From the NCBI GenBank assembly GCA_964508365.1, contig CAZDTP010000054.1, positions 1 to 27,100 of the forward strand: 27,100 nucleotides of DNA, written 5' to 3'. Source of the stretch: an uncultured archaeon (GTDB lineage: Archaea > Asgardarchaeota > Lokiarchaeia > Sigyniarchaeales > SOKP01). Below, piece after piece: positions 10,200 to 18,457 of this stretch. The first letter of the stretch is position 1; each line of letters opens with the position of its first letter. The translations under genes and the position numbers were made by a program. Below the pieces are notes generated by a model. It ran no database searches and was not told the DNA's origin. It worked only from the letters and a program-made list of their open reading frames with translations.

Positions 10200-11489
10200 G
10201 TGAGCAAAATGAGTAGCAAAAAAGGAAAAGTTCAATGTATTAACGATGAAATTCTCGAAAAACTCTCGCTAAAGACCCGAAATAAATTTTTAAATTACAA
10301 TTTGATGAGTTTTCTGGATTCTAAGAATATAAATTTCCTAAAAGAAGCTCAGAAGTTTTTTGAGGATTTTGAAAAAACTAATAACATAAATCATAACGAA
10401 GATTTCTACGAATGGATGCCAGAAATAGGAAAAAATGGATATATTTCACGATTGCATAAATTTGAAGATATTGGTTTAAACTATGAATCTTACGGGATGA
10501 CTACTGAATTTATGAGACAATTAGCTATGGACTTTTTCGATCCTCAGTTAGCAATGGCTACTGGAGCTACCGCAATATCTGTAAATCCGATTTTACTTCA
10601 TAATGAAGGTGTTGATATCCGATTGAGAGCAGTAAAGGAATTAATAACGGGGAAAAAAATAGGATGTATTTGTATTACAGAACCAGAAAGAGGATCTGAT
10701 GCAGTTCATATGCAGTCAACTTGTAAGGAACAAGATGACGGGGGTTTTATTCTCAACGGAGAAAAGATATATCAAACTAACGGTAGTAAAGCAGATTGGG
10801 CGGTTTTGTATGCTGTTACCGAAAAAAATAACGGCAATACTATGGCACAGTTCTTGGTTGATACTTCTTGGGATGGTTGGACTGCTGAACGTGTTAACAT
10901 TCCTTGGACTCCAAGGATGCACGTTAGCAAGGAGACATTTACTGATTTAAAAGTTCCTTTTAATTGCGTGTTAGGCAAACCAGGCGATGGGAGATCACAC
11001 CTATTCGAAGGACTTAATTTAGAACGATTAACGATCGTATGCTTGAACACCGCAGAAGCGTGGAACGCTATTACTCACGCAGTTATTTACGCCAATATGA
11101 GAAAACAATTTAATAAGGAAATCTTAAAATATCAGGGAGTTGGATTTCCATTAGCCGATTTATGGGCACAGACAATGAATATGACATTATCTACTCTAAA
11201 TGTGTGTCAAATGATAGACGAAAAAATGAAGAAATTCGGTACTCTACCAAAAGACTTTAATTTAGCTCTTGGAACAACCGCTTCTCAACTAAAATATTTA
11301 AGTGCCAAATTGTGTGAACGCGTAGTTTATGAGTCTGCTAACTTAATGGGGGGGGCTGGAGTTTGCGATAATACTTTAATGCATGACTTATTAGGGATTA
11401 CTAGATTACAAGAGATTGGAGGAGGGACGAGACAAGTACAATCTCATATTATGAGCTCAGCATTAAGACAATTGTTTAAATTATTATAA
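10200..11489 (+). CDS. Acyl-CoA dehydrogenase family protein
   Basis: CITEPERGSD, FILNGEKIYQTNG, RKQFNK.I..YQGV.F.LAD, GGAGV, EIGGGTRQVQ. Confidence 0.93.
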   Translation: MSKMSSKKGKVQCINDEILEKLSLKTRNKFLNYNLMSFLDSKNINFLKEAQKFFEDFEKTNNINHNEDFYEWMPEIGKNGYISRLHKFEDIGLNYESYGMTTEFMRQLAMDFFDPQLAMATGATAISVNPILLHNEGVDIRLRAVKELITGKKIGCICITEPERGSDAVHMQSTCKEQDDGGFILNGEKIYQTNGSKADWAVLYAVTEKNNGNTMAQFLVDTSWDGWTAERVNIPWTPRMHVSKETFTDLKVPFNCVLGKPGDGRSHLFEGLNLERLTIVCLNTAEAWNAITHAVIYANMRKQFNKEILKYQGVGFPLADLWAQTMNMTLSTLNVCQMIDEKMKKFGTLPKDFNLALGTTASQLKYLSAKLCERVVYESANLMGGAGVCDNTLMHDLLGITRLQEIGGGTRQVQSHIMSSALRQLFKLL

Positions 11490-11511
11490 AAGATATTACA
11501 TTGATGATATT

Positions 11512-12471
11512 TCAAAATGCTACAAATAAAACATTGATTGCTATAAAAATAACAAAGAAACCCATTAAAATTAGCCCATCTCTTTTTATAAACTGTTCTT
11601 TTTTAGAAGAAAAATTCAAAAATAAGGTTAAGAGAAATAGAATTAGCCAATTCCATAGTAATATAAATTCAAAAGATAGATCCTTAATAAAAATCCCACT
11701 TATTCCGAATGAAATTGTTAAATTCCAGATTAATTTGCCAATCATTCCCCCGAAACCGATCTCAACAGCCTCTTTCTTTACAGATTTTAATATTAAGGTT
11801 AATTCTTCTACATTTGTAACGAAAGCTATAATAATAAACCCAAAAAACTCTTCAGGTATATGAAGGATATCCATAATTTGACCAGCAGATAAAATTAGTG
11901 ATTCACCACCAATAAAAATAAACACTAGCCCTAATGATGTTAGAATGATCTTCTTCATCTTAGGTGATTCCTTTAATCCCATTAGCTTTCTTTCGGCATA
12001 ATCTAAAGGTTCTCCTATTTTTTCTTGTGTATGATGCTTAAGATTTCTCAATACATAGATTATATACATTCCAATCGCAATGAATCCAGATACAAACATT
12101 CCACCACTAAAGATGAAGCTAAATAGAAGATTGATTAACAAAATATATAATACTACAAAATAAAATTTAGAAATCGACTTAAATTTCAAAGTATAGAATA
12201 AAACAGTTAAAGAAATTGGTAAGGTCATCGCAATTATAGAATTGCCTACCACATTTCCAAAAGAAATATAAGGTAATCCATTAATAGCAGCAATAATGGA
12301 TGCGATTGATTCTTCAGGATCAATTCCAAGAATCAACATCCCAATTATAAAAGGGGATAGGTTGTAAATGAGACATAAATCTTTTAAATTATCTAAAAAT
12401 AAATCCGCAGCAAAATAAATAACAATATAACTGCCTATAAATAATGTTAGCCAGACAATCAGAATCAACAT
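11512..12471 (-). CDS. Sodium/calcium exchanger (CaCA, YrbG-like) membrane protein
   Basis: Two inverted halves with alpha-repeat-like ILGIDPEE...GNVVGNSI and AFVTNVEE...GGMIG; about 10 hydrophobic segments. Confidence 0.85.
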   Translation of the reverse strand: MLILIVWLTLFIGSYIVIYFAADLFLDNLKDLCLIYNLSPFIIGMLILGIDPEESIASIIAAINGLPYISFGNVVGNSIIAMTLPISLTVLFYTLKFKSISKFYFVVLYILLINLLFSFIFSGGMFVSGFIAIGMYIIYVLRNLKHHTQEKIGEPLDYAERKLMGLKESPKMKKIILTSLGLVFIFIGGESLILSAGQIMDILHIPEEFFGFIIIAFVTNVEELTLILKSVKKEAVEIGFGGMIGKLIWNLTISFGISGIFIKDLSFEFILLWNWLILFLLTLFLNFSSKKEQFIKRDGLILMGFFVIFIAINVLFVAF

Positions 12472-12561
12472 TGAATTCTTATAATATATTGAAATTTAAA
12501 AATAATTTTAAAATGAGTTAGATATCCAGATAACTATCTGGTCAAGTCTATAGATAATAAA
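12452..12561. repeat. Direct repeat copy 1 (~110 bp): start and promoter region of the exchanger gene
   Basis: Aligns without gaps to 13163-13272; about 91/110 identical by hand count. Confidence 0.9.
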
Positions 12562-12633
12562 GGTATTGTTAGATTAGAAAACTTCTTTTGAAATTTCAAA
12601 AATATTAAATAATCTTACTAAGACAATGATCTC

Positions 12634-13047
12634 ATGTCTAAAACAGAATTTGATATAAAAAAGATCGAAGCAGAAAATAGGCTATCTCTGTTTGAAGGTG
12701 TAATAATTGGAATATACGGTAATTGGTTAGTTACATTGATCCAAATGATATCGTTTATTTCCCCCTTTATTATAATTCAAATAGTTTTAACAACAATATC
12801 TTTGCTTTCTTTTGTTGCGCTTGTAGCTGTTGGAATATTCGGAGGAAAATTAGGAAATAAATATGAAGTAGTTATCTTATCAATCGGGCATTTTCTACCT
12901 AATTGTATAACACTCATAATGGAAAGACTCCTGGTTCAAGACGCGTTTTTTCTTTTTGTTGGTGGTTTGATATTTTATATGATTTTCCACGCAGAGTACG
13001 TAAGAGTTCACAAATACACTTTGAAGAAAAAAACTGATAATACATAG
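12634..13047 (+). CDS. Small multi-pass membrane protein (137 aa)
   Basis: ORF with about 4 hydrophobic segments, lying between the two ~110-bp repeats. Confidence 0.7.
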   Translation: MSKTEFDIKKIEAENRLSLFEGVIIGIYGNWLVTLIQMISFISPFIIIQIVLTTISLLSFVALVAVGIFGGKLGNKYEVVILSIGHFLPNCITLIMERLLVQDAFFLFVGGLIFYMIFHAEYVRVHKYTLKKKTDNT

Positions 13048-13119
13048 GTAGTTCCGATAATTTACCCTAAAAAATCATTTTGCGTTTTTATAGAATACTT
13101 TTTTGTAAAAAAAATTGGA

Positions 13120-13182
13120 TAAAACAAAATATATAACAGTATAACTTCCTAAAAATAGTAGTCAGACAATCAGATTCAGCAT
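13120..13182 (-). pseudogene. Remnant of the 5' end of a second Na+/Ca2+ exchanger copy
   Basis: Translates MLNLIV*LLFLGSYTVIYF versus MLILIVWLTLFIGSYIVIYF in the intact gene: a TGG>TGA change plus a one-codon deletion. Confidence 0.8.
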
Positions 13183-13272
13183 TGAATTCCTATAATATAT
13201 TGAAATTTAAACACAATTTTAATCTAATCTGGATCTCCAAATAGCTATATAGTCAACTTTATAAATAATAAA
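13163..13272. repeat. Direct repeat copy 2 (~110 bp)
   Basis: cagacaatcagattcagcattgaattcctataatatattgaaatttaa... matches 12452-12561. Confidence 0.9.
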
Positions 13273-13291
13273 GAAAAGGAAAAAAAAGCGT

Positions 13292-13456
13292 TTAATCTTT
13301 CCTTAGAAGAGTACTAAGTTCAATTTTAAGTAGATCACGAATTGCGACGCGAATAACTTCTGAACGATTAGGATACATGTTCATGTTAACTAGTTCTTCA
13401 ATACCCTTCAAATAAGCCTCTGGAATATGACATGTTATGAGTTTTATTAAAACCAC
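13292..13456 (-). CDS. Ribbon-helix-helix (CopG/CdrS-like) DNA-binding protein, not in the ORF track
   Basis: Manual translation (V)VLIKLITCHIPEAYLKGIEELVNMNMYPNRSEVIRVAIRDLLKIELSTLLRKD*. It has the RHH beta-strand plus the PNRSE.IR.A.R.LL signature. Start is GTG 13456 or ATA 13447. Confidence 0.85.
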   Translation of the reverse strand: MVLIKLITCHIPEAYLKGIEELVNMNMYPNRSEVIRVAIRDLLKIELSTLLRKD

Positions 13457-14118
13457 CTTATGAACTGTTAAAACGATTATATTTAATATTTAGACGATAA
13501 AACAGAATAATATATTATTATAATACTAGAATAATATACTCAAAACACTCATAGATTTCACGAATAATATATCTAAGCGTATTATTCTATTTTAAAGAAG
13601 TGTGTTCGATTGATTTAAAGAAAAAATCTCTTCAGAAGTATCTATCTATAAATTCTAAAACTCTTTTCTTTTTCTTACCATTTAAATTTTATTTTTTTTA
13701 ATTAGGGGCAATAATTCAAATCTTTTCCTGTTATTTTTGAATTAAATTAACGCTAAAGTATTCAGATTAACCCCGCCAATAGATTTATGATTAATAGGTT
13801 GGACCAATCTTTGAATGATGATATATCTTCTTTCTTTCCATAAATATTTAAAATGTTGTGGTAGATATTAGGTATATTGATCACTTCTGAGTTTTATTAA
13901 GTACATCATAAAACAAGCTCAGATTTAAAAATGAAGGGAGAGTCAACCTGATAAATTGGTAAAAAAAAAGAAATTTAAAATATTGGTAAAAATCTTCTCG
14001 TCTAATCCAAAAGAAAAGATTTAAATTCGTCTAGAAAATCTTCAAAATCTTGCCCATCTGGTAGATCGTCTTTTAGTAAGTTATAATGAATAAACAATAA
14101 AGACGCTTCTTGTTCTAA

Positions 14119-14160
14119 TTTTCCATAATAAACTGGAAATTTTCCAAAATAAACTGGAAA
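14119..14160. repeat. Two tandem 21-bp units, each an inverted repeat TTTCCA-N8-TGGAAA
   Basis: ttttccataataaactggaaa followed by ttttccaaaataaactggaaa (1 mismatch). Confidence 0.8.
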
Positions 14161-14362
14161 AAATGTAACTTTCTAAATTTATTTTTCCATGTAATTTACT
14201 TTCCATACACTCTTCTTACATTTAAATAACACCGAACAAACTGTAATAATAATTTGTTAGACCTTTTTTTATATTAAATTTGCAAATAAAAATGAAACAG
14301 GATGAATTTCAAAAAGTTAGAAATGCTACCATTCGAGAAGGTTAAAGAATTATCTTTAAATT

Positions 14363-15079
14363 TTAACCTAAAACTATCCGGCAAGCAACATCCATTACTT
14401 TTGCTATATCCGTCATATACCTTGAAAATTCCTGATCCGAGCAGTCTGTAATCCAACCAAGGAGTTTATTCTCGTATTTAGCCCGTAATCCATCCATTTT
14501 TTCGCTAAATATTTCCAAATCTACGAAAGATATGTTATTTTCCTTGAATTTAATAAAATTGTCTTTAATAATAGAATTGCTTTGCTGCCAACGTTCTTCG
14601 CATATATATTCAAACTTGTCGTGTTCTGCTTTGAATTTGGCGGCGTTAAGAAGTTTCTCTAATAATCTAATCCAAGGAGACACACCACTATTTTCAGACT
14701 CGTTATTAGATGTATCACTTTTTGAGTCTAAAATAAATTTAGACATTGTTTTTAAAGAATGGTACGGTGTTGCCCAATCGGTAATGTAATGAAAAACCCA
14801 TCCGAGCCAACGAGACCAAGACTGATCACCTGAATTATAAGCTTCATAGGTTTTATTAATGTGTTGGATCGACAATTCCTTCGCTCTATCAGTATGACCA
14901 GCAAACCATCCGATTGAAGTCATTACCGCTTCGAGCATACCCTTACGCAATCCCTCTCTTTCTATTTCGTCCGGTTCTACTGATTTAGACACGAGTATTT
15001 GCAAGTTTTCGGAATCTATAGCATGAGATCCGTATAATCCTACTAATCGAGCTAACCCTTTATGCGTGATCTCTCTCAA
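14363..15079 (-). CDS. Zinc-dependent phospholipase C / S1-P1 nuclease fold protein
   Basis: N-terminal ITH, HYITDWATPYH (H-x3-D-x5-H) and EHDKFE (H-x3-E) match the tri-zinc ligand pattern. TTG start; no signal peptide seen. Confidence 0.75.
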   Translation of the reverse strand: MREITHKGLARLVGLYGSHAIDSENLQILVSKSVEPDEIEREGLRKGMLEAVMTSIGWFAGHTDRAKELSIQHINKTYEAYNSGDQSWSRWLGWVFHYITDWATPYHSLKTMSKFILDSKSDTSNNESENSGVSPWIRLLEKLLNAAKFKAEHDKFEYICEERWQQSNSIIKDNFIKFKENNISFVDLEIFSEKMDGLRAKYENKLLGWITDCSDQEFSRYMTDIAKVMDVACRIVLG

Positions 15080-15254
15080 TTTACATCTTTTTTATGTATT
15101 TTTATTACCCTGAATTTAATTCTAGATTTTAGAATTTGGTTAATTAAAATAACATGATAATCTTTATTAAATTGTCTTTAGCAATTCTTAGAAGAAATAT
15201 TAACGTTAAACTTTTCTATTTTCTCGTATTAAGAAAAATATAATCATCAAATAA

Positions 15255-15719
15255 TTATGGAAAAATAAACAGAAGCTTTGGATAGACCTTTCAGGGTGTA
15301 AACCGCTTATCCAAAAGATGCTTATTCCCGTAATATTTCTCAACTTACTAAGATTTACCGACTATTATGGACCTCCGGAGAATTATTGGCATTTAAACGG
15401 CGTCGTAATTATAAACGAGGCGGAAAAATTGTTTGCGTTAGTGCCTTGGGAACGATATAAAGCTCGTTATAACCAGAGAAGACGACATTGGGAACTCTTA
15501 AAATACCAAAAATTATTTTTAACCAAAGAACAGATGGTTGAGGCTTACGGAGAACCATCCATCCTCTTTAAAAGCCAATTAGAGACGTATTATCACGATA
15601 TTTTGGCTGATGAGTTCCGTTTTCGAAACATAACGCTCTTTACTGGAACAAGCGATGAGAAGACTGTCCAAAATTTTATCACTGACTTTTCTCAAGTAAG
15701 ACTTGTTCAAAATGAATAA
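15255..15719 (+). pseudogene. C-terminal fragment of a HerA/VirB4/FtsK-like ATPase
   Basis: The frame extends upstream of the track ATG (LWKNKQKLWIDLSGCKPLIQKMLIPVIFLNLL) and contains a Walker-B-like VVIINEAEKLF and DEFRFRNITLFTGT. No Walker A; stop at 15252. Confidence 0.5.
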
Positions 15720-15802
15720 ACTAACTTTGAATGTACCAAAATCAACACCAAAACCGACGAATGATTTTTTCAGCTCTCAGACTTAAGTTTTATCTCTTCT
15801 AA

Positions 15803-15997
15803 GATATCGTCGAGAAAGAACACGTGTTCTTTTCGTATCTCCCAGATCAAAACTTGGATGAACTCTTAGTAGCATGCGTAAGTTCTCCAAAACCTAATAA
15901 TTCTATTCAAACGAAGGATGAAAATCCCATCGTAAAATCTCCTCAAGTTGAACTCTGGAGGCATTACTTCCCCGAAGGACCTCCCGTAGTAAACTGA
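15803..15997 (+). pseudogene. Start-less remnant of the C-terminus of a TFB-like paralogue
   Basis: NLDELLVACVSSPKPNNSIQTKDENPIVKSPQVELWRHYFPEGPPVVN* is 30/48 identical (hand count) to the C-terminus of 20721-21929. Confidence 0.88.
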
Positions 15998-16008
15998 AGG
16001 TTCAACTA

Positions 16009-16078
16009 AAACCAAGACTCCTACATTATCGTCCATCCTTTTGGTTAGAAGTATTTTTCACCGCTGCAATGTACAGGT
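16009..16078 (+). other. Conserved non-coding motif downstream of the TFB-like tail, copy A (candidate structured RNA or element end)
   Basis: AAACCAAGACTCCTAC (16009-16024) and CATCCTTTTGGTT (16034-16046) are identical to, and spaced as in, copy B. Confidence 0.65.
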
Positions 16079-16181
16079 TTACATTTTTAATATGAAGTGA
16101 TATTATTAATTCGATCTGTCCTCTTATTTAAATAGAAGAGACTATATATCCATTTTTAAATAAAGGACAATATATAAAGAA

Positions 16182-17189
16182 ATGAGCAAGCAAATTACAA
16201 AAAGACAACATGTTGTATCTCAGTTTTATTTGAAATCTTTTGCCGTTCAAACCAAACCTGGTCACTTCAAAATATTTTGTTATTTTAAACAACAAAAAAA
16301 TAAAATAGAAAGGCTTGAAGTGAAAGATGTTGCTGTTAAGAAATTTTTCTACGACGATAATAAACTCCCTCAACCAATTGAGAGTTTTTTATCGTTTACA
16401 GAAAAAGATTTATCCAGAACTTACTATAAAATTGTAAAAGAAAAATCTATAAATAACTTAAATGAGAAGGAAAGAAAATATCTAGTTTACTTTACTTATT
16501 TCCAATATGTCCGAACAGAATATACAAGAACTAAAGCAGAACAGATATTAAAGGATATTATAGAAAAAGAGAAATCTAATTACTTGAAAGATCATACAAT
16601 TGAAGAATGGAATGAATTTAAAGAGTTCGGCACGACTAAGCATCCAATCAGACTTCAAAAATTATTAATTGTTGTTGATGATAATTACTTAGAATATTGG
16701 AGGGATAAAGTAAACTTATCTACATTAAATATTATAAAAACAATTCTGAAACTTAAAACTAAGATATTGAATACTTTTTTTAATCTAAATCAAATTCTAT
16801 TAGAGATTAAGCAGAGCAATATGGAATTTTATACAAGCGATCATCCAGTTTTATTTTATAGCAAAAATACTCGAAAAGATGATGAAGGAAATGCTTTTCT
16901 AAATATTCACGATTCCCAAACACAGATATATTATCCCCTTTCTCCCAAATTATGCTTAAATTTCTATAATAGCAAAATCTTTAGCGATTATAGACAAAAA
17001 TATCCTTACATGAAAAAGGAATTATATAAATCTGATGTAAACGAGGTGAATCTTATTAATAAGTTAGTAACTCACGAAGCTTACCGAATGATTTTTTCTA
17101 GATCAGGGAGATTTAATATTGCGCAGAGTTATTTAGATCAGAATCCAAAGTTCAGAGAGATAAATCTAAGGAGATTCTATAAAACATAA
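16182..17189 (+). CDS. DUF4238 family protein
   Basis: N-terminal QHVVSQFYLKSF, FFYD...IE, FQYVRT, FYTSDHPV and YYPLSPKLCL motifs. Confidence 0.85.
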   Translation: MSKQITKRQHVVSQFYLKSFAVQTKPGHFKIFCYFKQQKNKIERLEVKDVAVKKFFYDDNKLPQPIESFLSFTEKDLSRTYYKIVKEKSINNLNEKERKYLVYFTYFQYVRTEYTRTKAEQILKDIIEKEKSNYLKDHTIEEWNEFKEFGTTKHPIRLQKLLIVVDDNYLEYWRDKVNLSTLNIIKTILKLKTKILNTFFNLNQILLEIKQSNMEFYTSDHPVLFYSKNTRKDDEGNAFLNIHDSQTQIYYPLSPKLCLNFYNSKIFSDYRQKYPYMKKELYKSDVNEVNLINKLVTHEAYRMIFSRSGRFNIAQSYLDQNPKFREINLRRFYKT

Positions 17190-17433
17190 AGTCTGTAATT
17201 CCACGATTGTATCTATTAATTTAAATAAAATCAAATTTTTCAGGATGTGATAGATTATAAAATTTAATTTTACTTACCACTTTTGAGGGTATTTTAATCT
17301 TTTTTATTATATTTCTTTTTCTTATTATTTAATCCTTGGGAAAAGAAGTAAAAATACTCAAAGAAATTATAAGTTTTATTAACTAAGAGAGTTTAAAATT
17401 TCTATGATAATAGGGGTGGAAATTCATCAATTA

Positions 17434-18375
17434 TTAATCATCTAGATTATATTCAAATATACGGTTCCTTTCTGGATCTTTAAGTTCTGGGAAATTACCT
17501 AAACATGATTTTACAAATTGAAAATCGTTTGTTCTTGCAAATACAGTACGATGTGCCATAGCAATAATCTGAGTATTTATCCAATTTAATTCAGCTTCTT
17601 TCACGATTCTTTCTGTTTTTACTTTTCTATATTCCGATCTATTTTTATCATATAATATTAAACAAAGTTTAGGATTGAGGGGGAAAAAAATCTCGACACC
17701 TTCGGCTCTATAGGAAGCAGTACCATAACCAACAATCTCGTCACCGCTATAGATTGGATTGAAAACAACTACAGGATGATCTGAGGTATAAAATTCTTTA
17801 GATAAAGTACTTTTAGTTAGGTTCCACTCTAAATCTGAGATATATTCAATCATTTCACTTGAAGATTGAACATTTCCATCTTCATCTTGAAAGACATTAA
17901 ACATTATATTGAATTGTGCCATCTGCCCTCGACTTTCAAGCAACCATTCTTGGTATTTAGGGGGTAAGTTATCAAATTTAGGAAAATCCTTAACTTTTTC
18001 AAATTTTTTATAGACTTCCTTAACTATTTGTACATATCGCTCCCTGGTAGATCTGGTTCGTTCATTTTGAATAAACACATACTCACACATACAATATCTT
18101 TCTGAAGCACTTAGATTTTTAATAGATTCATTTTTAATGATTTTATGGTAGACTTTTGAATGCTTCTTTTCTTTTTGGGAGAATAATTTTTCAATTTTAG
18201 GGGGAGCTCCTACATCATAAAAATGATTCTCCATACAAACCTGACCCACACTTCCTACAAACTCCTTTCCAGTTTCTTTATTGAAACATTTGACTGTAAA
18301 ACCACTTTTTTTCTTTAATCCAAATTTTCTTAAATAAAACTGAGGTACATAATGCTGTTGTATATACTCTTTCAT
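17434..18375 (-). CDS. DUF4238 family protein
   Basis: QHYVPQFYLRKF, HFYD...IEK, IQNERT, FYTSDHPV and FFPLNPKLCL motifs. Confidence 0.88.
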   Translation of the reverse strand: MKEYIQQHYVPQFYLRKFGLKKKSGFTVKCFNKETGKEFVGSVGQVCMENHFYDVGAPPKIEKLFSQKEKKHSKVYHKIIKNESIKNLSASERYCMCEYVFIQNERTRSTRERYVQIVKEVYKKFEKVKDFPKFDNLPPKYQEWLLESRGQMAQFNIMFNVFQDEDGNVQSSSEMIEYISDLEWNLTKSTLSKEFYTSDHPVVVFNPIYSGDEIVGYGTASYRAEGVEIFFPLNPKLCLILYDKNRSEYRKVKTERIVKEAELNWINTQIIAMAHRTVFARTNDFQFVKSCLGNFPELKDPERNRIFEYNLDD

Positions 18376-18457
18376 GATCTTACATTTCTACTTCTTTTTT
18401 AAATAAACTCAAAAATAAAAGATTATTAATTGTTATTGAGATTTTATGAAATTATAA

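Noticed and set aside
10699-11863. ORFs 10699-10950, 10716-10922, 10772-11050 and 11501-11863
   Set aside because: Alternative-frame or antisense to the acyl-CoA dehydrogenase and exchanger genes.
13700-13960. Short minus-strand frames (e.g. HFKYLWKERRYIIIQRLVQPINHKSIGGVNLNTLALI*), possibly a transposase remnant
   Set aside because: No catalytic motif, terminal repeats or start codon; no family could be assigned.
14274-14789. ORFs 14274-14456 (-) and 14532-14789 (+)
   Set aside because: They overlap the phospholipase C/P1-like gene and have no independent support.
14178-15269. 13-bp inverted match ATGGAAAAATAAA flanking the phospholipase-like gene
   Set aside because: Low-complexity A-rich sequence, no target-site duplication and no transposase; plausible by chance.
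15995-16080. SECIS / selenocysteine read-through at the TGA stops of both TFB-like copies
   Set aside because: The reading frame after TGA is not conserved (copy A stops after 3 codons), and no AUGA/GA quartet is seen in the stems.
16128-16373. 81-aa minus-strand ORF
   Set aside because: Antisense to the DUF4238 N-terminus.
17281-17362. Imperfect inverted repeat (TTTGAG-GG-TATTTT / AAAATACTCAAA) between the convergent DUF4238 genes
   Set aside because: AT-rich and widely spaced; at most a generic terminator, and unrelated to the conserved motif.
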